A stretch of 64,000 nt of DNA from Eledone cirrhosa (lineage: Eukaryota): positions 337,900,001 through 337,964,000 of the forward strand of contig OZ024743.1 in the NCBI GenBank assembly GCA_964016885.1. Direction: 5' to 3'. Every line of letters starts with the position of its first letter. Within the stretch, counting starts at the first letter, position 1. Positions 56,695-64,000 of the stretch are shown one piece after another. The notes below the pieces were generated by a model. It was not told the DNA's origin and ran no database searches. It saw only the letters and a program-made list of their open reading frames with translations. The translations under genes and the position numbers were made by a program.

Positions 56695-57126
56695 AATTGT
56701 TCGACCGCTTCCTCTTCGCACCGGTCGCCGTCGAGACGTCAGGCGTACTTGGACCCCGTACTGCCGAACTCCTCTGCAAGATCGGAACGTCAACAGCCCG
56801 CCTGAGGAAGGAGCCTCGTGAGGTGGCTTGGTTGTTGCAGCGGGTGGCGCTGGTCATTGTCCTCGGGAATGCTTTTGCGATATTGTCCGCGGGGCACAGC
56901 CCCAATACCATCGCGCCCTAGGCCTAGAGCCCATCAACCTACCCTTCTCCCTCACATTCTTCTGAGACACTAGAGCCCTTGCCTTTGCCTTCCATTTCCG
57001 TTGTCATAACCACAAAATACACTGGCATTTTTTGTTATTCTTATTTTTAGTTTATACTTATATTTATCGTCTCTTTAATTCTTCAGATTCAACAAATTGG
57101 CGATAAAAAGAAAAAGAAAGAAAAAA
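56695..57126 (+). mobile_element. 3' fragment of a CRE-like non-LTR retrotransposon (restriction-like endonuclease C-terminus)
   Basis: FLFAPVAVETSGVLGP..ELLCKIG..KEPREVAWLLQRVALVIVLGNAFAIL fits F.P.A.ET.G..G...QR.S.A.QRGNA; followed by a 3' UTR and A-rich end. Confidence 0.75.
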
Positions 57127-57339
57127 TTATACAATGAAAGTAAAGGTAAATGGGCTTAGCGGCAGATTCTACAACTCAGCCTAGGTAGTATATCTCAGCT
57201 GCATACCCTGGACAAAATGGTGAAGACATTGCTGTGGAGAGCAGTCAACAACCCCTTTAGCAGCGGCCACTCTACCTCACGGGGCTTCTTCTGATAGGAT
57301 ACATTCCTCACAATTTTGTAGAGGAAAACGGCTTTCGGA

Positions 57340-57530
57340 AACCAAGGACACGTGAGATATCGCAGGATTAAACTCCCAGCTATTGTTAGTACTCATTTTC
57401 AGCTGTGTATACTGGAGCAACATGAAATGAAGTGTTTTGCTCAAAAACATAACACGCAACCCAGCCAAGGACCAATCCACGACATTATGATCATAATTTC
57501 AACACCCTTACCACTAGGTCATGCACCTCC
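57340..57530 (-). mobile_element. Third SINE-like family
   Basis: Minus strand tRNA-like head (tgacctagtggtaaggg) followed by gagcaaaacacttcatttcatgttgctccagt core. Confidence 0.55.
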
Positions 57531-57865
57531 ATATAAATACTACGGGATACGTAATTTTTCGTAGATGACATAGCAGCAGGAGGGGACAGACACACAAACA
57601 TGTATTACTGTAATACTAATAGTGTCTTGTATATTTAGTGCGTTATGTCAAACAAATGCTGTTGTTGATATGTAGCATTGTAGTGTGGGTAATCTTGTGT
57701 ATCATCTATATTTGTTCGTTTGTATATTTCCTATTCCTAGAAAGGAGATGGTCCACAGCATTTTTTTTTTTTTTAATGCCCTAAAACGCCGTATATCAAT
57801 ACTGCGATCATACGACTCCCTCGAAAGGTACGGGTCTAGAAAAAGAAGAAACAATATTTCTTATT

Positions 57866-58045
57866 AAGGCGGTAAATTGTCAGAGTCATTAAAATGCTGG
57901 ATAGAATACTTTGCGGTATTCGTTCCGACTCATCGCGCTCTGATTTCAAAAATCGCCGAAGTCAGCTTTGTCCTTCATCATTTCGAGGTCGATAAAAAAA
58001 CATACCAGTCCAGTACTGGGGTCGATTATTCCACTATATCTCTTT
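57866..58045 (+). mobile_element. SINE
   Basis: aaggcggt..ttg.cagagtc.tta head and conserved core; similar copies at ~58680-58790, 60214-60430, 60660-60800 (-), 62495-62612. Confidence 0.7.
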
Positions 58046-60816
58046 CTCACTCCCTCTCAAACTCGTTTCTTATCTGGAAGAAATCTGCTGAATTTAGACC
58101 CGGAGAGGAGTGTGCGTCGCCAAGTTTAAAACGCCCAAGAAACATTGTATGTCAAAAAGGCGACCCTACAGCTCCACCAGGACTTACGGGTCCATACATC
58201 CATATACATCTATTTGGTCCTTGTGCATATATTTTTCTGCTTCTGTTTCAGTTTTCAGTCACCACATTTTATCTCTTTCTATTAATAAGTGTTTTATACT
58301 TAGACAATTTCTCTCTTAAATCTTTCAGACAGATGTTTTCGTCTCCTAGGATTGAAACTTTTTATTAGCAACACGTTTTTTCCCCACTCGTCCTTAATTG
58401 TAATATCTGGTCTTGTTTAGCTGTTATTTCTCCATTAGTGTGTACAGGCGTACCCTAGAGTATTGTTATTCCGTCAATTTTAGATGCCATCTGTCGCATA
58501 GATTTCTTTGTGCCACCTGTTGTCTATATCAATTTTGTTGTGTTAGCATAGCAGTTTTCAATCTACATACCTACTTACATTGTTGTAACTATTTGTATAC
58601 TGGAAATTTTCTAAGACTGATATCCTGACGTCAAATACTCAATACTTTCTTTATGGTATCGACATATTTTCATTCTGATTAAGGTGACGAATTGGTGGCA
58701 GAGTTGTTAGAACGTCTGAATTGAAATACTCCTGAGGTCAACCTTGCGTTTCATCCTTTCGAGATCGATAAATAAAGTACGAATCCAGAGCTGGGATAAT
58801 TATTTCTCTCTCTCTCTCTTTCTCTTTCTCTCTCCCCTCACTCACTTGATAGAAGTTATTTTATCGTTTATCAATCTAAATGTTTCATAGATACATTGAA
58901 TGATGGATATATATACATACGTAGTTCCCTCGTTCTCTGGAAGGAATCAGCTGTGTTGAAGGATACATAAAGATTTTCATATTTCTATTACGAAGACTGA
59001 AGTGCGTGGCAGTAGAAAGTTGTGAAAAGGGTGATATTTAATGAAAAACAGAAGGAAATAGAAAACAAGATCTTGTAGTTGTTTATATATATATTTGATA
59101 ATCCTAGGTGTATGTGTGTATGTGTTTCATGATCAGGACCAGCTCTACCATTAGGCCAACTAAGCAGCCACCTAGGGCTCAAATCTCGAAGAAATACAAC
59201 TGTACCATAACAGATCACAGTTTCATACATTTTGTATTATTAAAGTAAACACAATAATTTTCATAAAATAAATCACCAAATATCTTCGCTTCACAGAGGC
59301 ATTTTGGAGATATACAAAGCGCCAAAGAGGGGCATGTTGTACAATGATTTGTTGCATGAAGGAGAAGTGAGAACTATGTATTCTTGAGTCCCAAATAATA
59401 GGGGGTTGGAATAAGCGGAGCTGCGAAATCTTTCCCGAGACACCGTTCATAGGCATGCAACATGCCTTCTAAAAATTCACAACTCTGAAAAGAAGCTCAG
59501 CAACAAAACCAAATTTCTGTCACATCATCTTCAGAAGTATAAATATACATTGTAAAAATTTGAAAACGATAGTGAACTGCCCACATGGTCAACTAAGGGC
59601 TTCAAATGGGCATTTTTTGAAATTGCACTTATTTCAAAAACTTGGTTACTGCTCAGAAATGGTCTACTATATGCTAAGTAACAGGAAAACAATTATGGTC
59701 GCTTTGTCTAGCGTACCTGTTGAGATAGAAATACCTAAATGAGGCTTACATTTGCTGTAAGTTTAATTCTTGGCAATTTCAGAAGCCTGTAGATGGAAAA
59801 ATATACAAAATACACTTGATTTGATTATTTGAACTCTACAGAAAAAGTTAGCCCCAAACACATGATTTCAAAGTTTTGCTTACCTTATTAGAGGAGAAAT
59901 GGCTGTCTCAAGTTGGTCCGGAAAACATCTGAAAAATTAATAAGCGGGGTGAGTGGCATGATTCGAGACCAGAGAGAAGTAGAAAATGCAGGCTTAGTAA
60001 TTTTTCCTAGCGTTATCAGAGTAAGATGTGTCAAAAACTAGGTTCACCATCTTACCAAACTGTAATTTGAAATTTTATACAGGGGATTGGGACACATAAC
60101 TAGAAGAGGGCGCATATTGTAGGGATAACATAGATCGCTAAATACCCAGACGTAGGCCTGTTTCGTAGTAGAAGTTATTCCATAAGTCTTATTGTTTCAT
60201 AAACAAACTGAATGAGGGCGGTTTGGCAAAGTCATTATTACATCAGATAAAATGCCTTGCAGTATTTAGTTACGACTTTCTAACTTCTGAGTTCAAATCC
60301 CGCTGAGGTCAACTTTTCCTTTCATTCTTCCGGTGTCGAAGAAATAAAGTACCAGTCAAGTACTGATGTCGATATAATCGGTTTTGTCCTCTCCCCAACT
60401 TGCTGGCCTTGTGTCTATGTTAGAAAGAATTATCTTCGCAGCTGACGTAATAAGTAAATCAGTTATAGAAACGAAAGGAGCCGATCGTCAAATCGGACAA
60501 AAAAAATTACGCGTCTTTTACTGATTCTCTCTGTTGATCAAACATTCTGATTGAAGGAGGCGAGATTTTAACTGGAATTGTGCAGAGTCTGATCAGATAT
60601 TGTAAAAGACGCCGTCCAAATCTCTAGAAATTCCGCCAATCAGCCACTCTTGGACAGTTACATTAGTCATCGATCCCAAAAGGATGAAAAGCAATGTTGA
60701 ACTTGACAGGATTTGAACTCAGAGTGCAAAGAGTCTGAATAAATACTGTGGTATTTATTATGGCGTGTTTATTTTGATTCTGTCAATTTGTCGCTTCAAT
60801 TATAGCCAACAACTTA

Positions 60817-61260
60817 GCCTCACGAGCTGGAATGGCTCTTCCAGTGCGTGTCCCTCTCCAGCCTCCGGGGAAACGCCTACTCCATTCTGTCCGCCGGGAC
60901 CTCAGGGCGGCCAGCGCGTGGGCTCCCATTTACTCATAATAGTGAGAGATGGAGAGAGCAGGAGAGGAGGGGGCAGTGGTAGTTGGAGTTTGGTTTTGTG
61001 TTCGGACCTTGTGTATGTATATGTTTCACGGACACACAATCATGTAAACGTTTGACCTATTTTTTTTCTACGTCACTAACCCCACCACAACCGCACACCC
61101 CTCACACCCCCACCATCGCCACTACTTAATCACTACAACACAGCAACTTCGATCAAAGGAGAACATTCATTAAAAAAATCAACAACACAAAACGTAAAAA
61201 AGAAAGCGACAAAAATAAACTGAGGTTAAAAGGTTATAAAGGTGGAAAGGTTAAAAATGT
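60817..61260 (+). mobile_element. Second CRE-like 3' fragment
   Basis: A frame not in the ORF track reads PHELEWLFQCVSLSSLRGNAYSILSAG, homologous to PREVAWLLQRVALVIVLGNAFAILSAG at ~56815-56895. Confidence 0.65.
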
Positions 61261-61672
61261 AAAATTGACTAAAGATAAAATTATTTTTATATTCATTTGT
61301 TGGTTTGTTTGTATTTCGAATATTACAAAAATAAATCACGGTGGCCAGAATTATGAAAGCTGCCAAGACAGAAATAGTGACATGAGAATTTTACACTACT
61401 ACCCCCCCCCCCCTAATCCTCCACATTGAAATAAATATAAGCAAAAATATAATTTATTACAAAGAAATATTCCTTAGAAACAGAAACTTTTTAGCGTGAT
61501 TTTTATCTTGAAACTTCTCCCCATGATGCTAAGCAGGAACTTTCTGTAGACAGGCAGTAGAGTATAGCAATTATTTCCTTATCTTTCTAATATAAATAAA
61601 GAAGAAAAGGCAAAGTGCAATTATTATTGTTATTATTAATATTATCATCATTATTATTATGATTATATTATT

Positions 61673-61862
61673 AAGGGCGGTGGATTGGCAGTATTGGTAG
61701 AGGGTTGGACGCCATGCTTTGACGTATAGAGTTACGGCCCTTGCCTTTCTGAGTTCAAATCCTGCCAAGGTTAACTTTGCCTTTCATCCTTACGGGGTCG
61801 ATAAAATAAAGTACCGGTAATGCACTGGGTAATTGCTGGCCTTGTGCCTAACGTAAAAACAA
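61673..61862 (+). mobile_element. SINE, near full length
   Basis: aagggcggtggattggcag head, B box gagttcaaatcc, conserved core, (ATT)n tail. Confidence 0.8.
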
Positions 61863-62608
61863 TTATTATTATGATTATTCTGTTTGTAATGGCGATGTCT
61901 TGTTTTATTATATCTGGGTTGCAGATATAAATAAGTGGCTACATGGAAATTTGGTGTTAATTCAACGAAGTGTTATAGAATTTGTGTTAATGATCAGATC
62001 TTTAAGAGGTAAAACAAAAGTGACAACAACGCTTTAGTTAATGAACAGTATGTGGTCACCTGATTGGAAGAAATAGCTGTCAAATTTCCCTTAGACCACA
62101 CAATACTATCATTAAAGAAATGTATTGGATAAATAGTCTTTGACACATGCCTGAAAGGAAAATAAAATATTCATAATTAGGACACCATTGACCATTGCCA
62201 TCATCATCCATTGTTTGACCCCTGTTAGTGGAAGACCTCCCCAGCCACGTCCTCTCCTCTTCCGCTTTCTTTCATGTAATCTCACCTCGTCTTCTCTTTT
62301 CTCATACTATACGAGGTACACTCAAGAAGTTTTGAGACTTTTTTCTTTTCAAATAAATCGGTCATCTTCACAAACTTATCGATTTCATCTTCACTCTTCC
62401 TTGACTACGTGAACCTATACCTTTAGGTTTCTATTCTTGGTGCCACATACTTTGCCAGCTTACATTTTCTCTTCTTAATATATTTTATCATGTTAGGGTG
62501 ATGGAATGGCAGAATTGATAGAACCTCAGATAAAATGTCATTTTGGTATTTTTTCTTAATCCTTTAAACTCTGAGATCAAATCCCATCAAGATCAACTTT
62601 ACTTTTCA

Positions 62609-63035
62609 TTCTTCTTCTTCTTCACCCACTTATTCCCGAGAGGTTCGAGGAGACAAGACCTCAAACACTCCTCCCAGCGGGTCCTGTCAGAAGCAACCGT
62701 CTCCAACTGATCCAGCTGGATCCCCAAGCGGGATCAACCAAGTTCATGGATGTTATCCAACCATCTTGCTCGGGTCTACCTCTGGGTCGGTTGATTTTGC
62801 CCGTAAAATCTGTCCAGCGATTCTTTCCTGCATTATTCTAAACACATGTCTCTAGTATCGGAGCTATGATCTCTTAATTTAGAGAAGTAGCGGCTCTACC
62901 TGGAGCGACTCTCTTAGCCAAGAAAGAATATATCCACAAATATTATAGAGTTTGGATTATTTCCTGAGGCATTCTAACCACATGTCCATAGTATCGAAGC
63001 TGTGTTCTCTCAACTCGGAGAAGTAGCGGCTCTAC
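62609..63035 (-). mobile_element. RTE-like LINE 3' fragment
   Basis: Homologous to 20455-20650; internal duplication ~62840/62975; short (TTC)n tail. Confidence 0.65.
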
Positions 63036-63625
63036 AATGTATGATAGCTTTTTTTATAATAATGTTATGTTCTGCTATGTTGCATAATGCAATTGAAAGT
63101 AAATTTATATTTGATGATCCATGAAGCTTTTCTCGGGAATGTTGTGGTCTAATTTCTGAAAATGTTTCTGTATCACTATAATAAAATACACAGAAACAAG
63201 TCGAACAATCGAACGAAGTATTCTTCATAGAACTAACGTTGTCAGTAATTCTATGAATGAAACAGGAGAATGAGAAACAGAGAGAGAGGGAGATGGGTTG
63301 GAGAAGGAGAGAGAAAGAGGGAGAGAAAAACCATGAAAAATATAGTCTTTACTCGAAATTCCATCTATTATAAGAACGTTATGATAGAGATAGATAAATG
63401 AAAATAGTAAGAGACAGAAAGATAGAGAAGAAAAGAGATAAATTGGGGCAGTATATGAGAGAGGGAGTGTGTGTGTGTTTGAGAGTACGAAAGAGAGAGT
63501 GAGAGGGGGCAGGTGTAGAGAGAGAGAGAAAGTAAATAGAATGATATCATGGGTCAGAAACGAAGTAGCGTTAACTGCTCAACTAATAACTATATAATGT
63601 TATTAATGATGGCGGGCGTGAAGTG

Positions 63626-63705
<80 letters not shown>

Positions 63706-63714
63706 CATATATAC

Positions 63715-63818
<104 letters not shown>

Positions 63819-63844
63819 CTATGTATATATATATATATATATAG

Positions 63845-64000
63845 CGAGGGAAAAGTGGTAAGGAACCAGGTGGACCATAACGCACCAAAGTACTCAATAC
63901 TTAGGGTAGTAGAGTGGGTAATAGGAGTAAGTAAGACCCCGACGGCTGTACAGAATTAGCCGTCGAAACGGCTTGAGCTCAGCCGTCGGGGTCTTACTTA
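63845..64000. mobile_element. Family A fold-back PLE remnant
   Basis: taagtaagaccccgacggctg / cagccgtcggggtcttactta inverted repeat; same tail as 15-110. Confidence 0.8.

Noticed and set aside
59379-59977. Possible MITE with degenerate TIRs and aataagcgg subterminal motifs
   Set aside because: The TIR match is too weak and there is only one copy in the window.

Overview
AT-rich eukaryotic non-coding DNA, probably intronic or intergenic. The SINE families and extreme (TA)n/(CA)n/(GA)n density suggest an octopus-like mollusc; this is inference. No host gene is convincingly supported, and most listed ORFs are microsatellite artefacts. The window holds six Penelope-like element (PLE) remnants, nearly all sitting in (TA)n tracts. 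One is almost intact: 12398-16248, minus strand, 709 codons of RT plus C-terminal GIY-YIG with a single internal TAG, two pseudo-LTRs and an inverted 5' arm. It also holds several ORF-less tandem units (312, ~418, 595, ~653 nt), each carrying one type I hammerhead ribozyme (HHR), i.e. retrozyme-like elements. By eye I find about a dozen distinct HHR families, including a U3-A8 covariant core and a family-wide U4A core. Almost every insertion is a head-to-head fold-back with both 3' ends pointing into (TA)n. Also present are tRNA-type SINEs, Helitron-like non-autonomous elements, mariner/RTE/CR1/CRE/R4-like fragments and a 4-kb tri/tetranucleotide satellite block. All RNA folds were derived by manual pairing, not computed.
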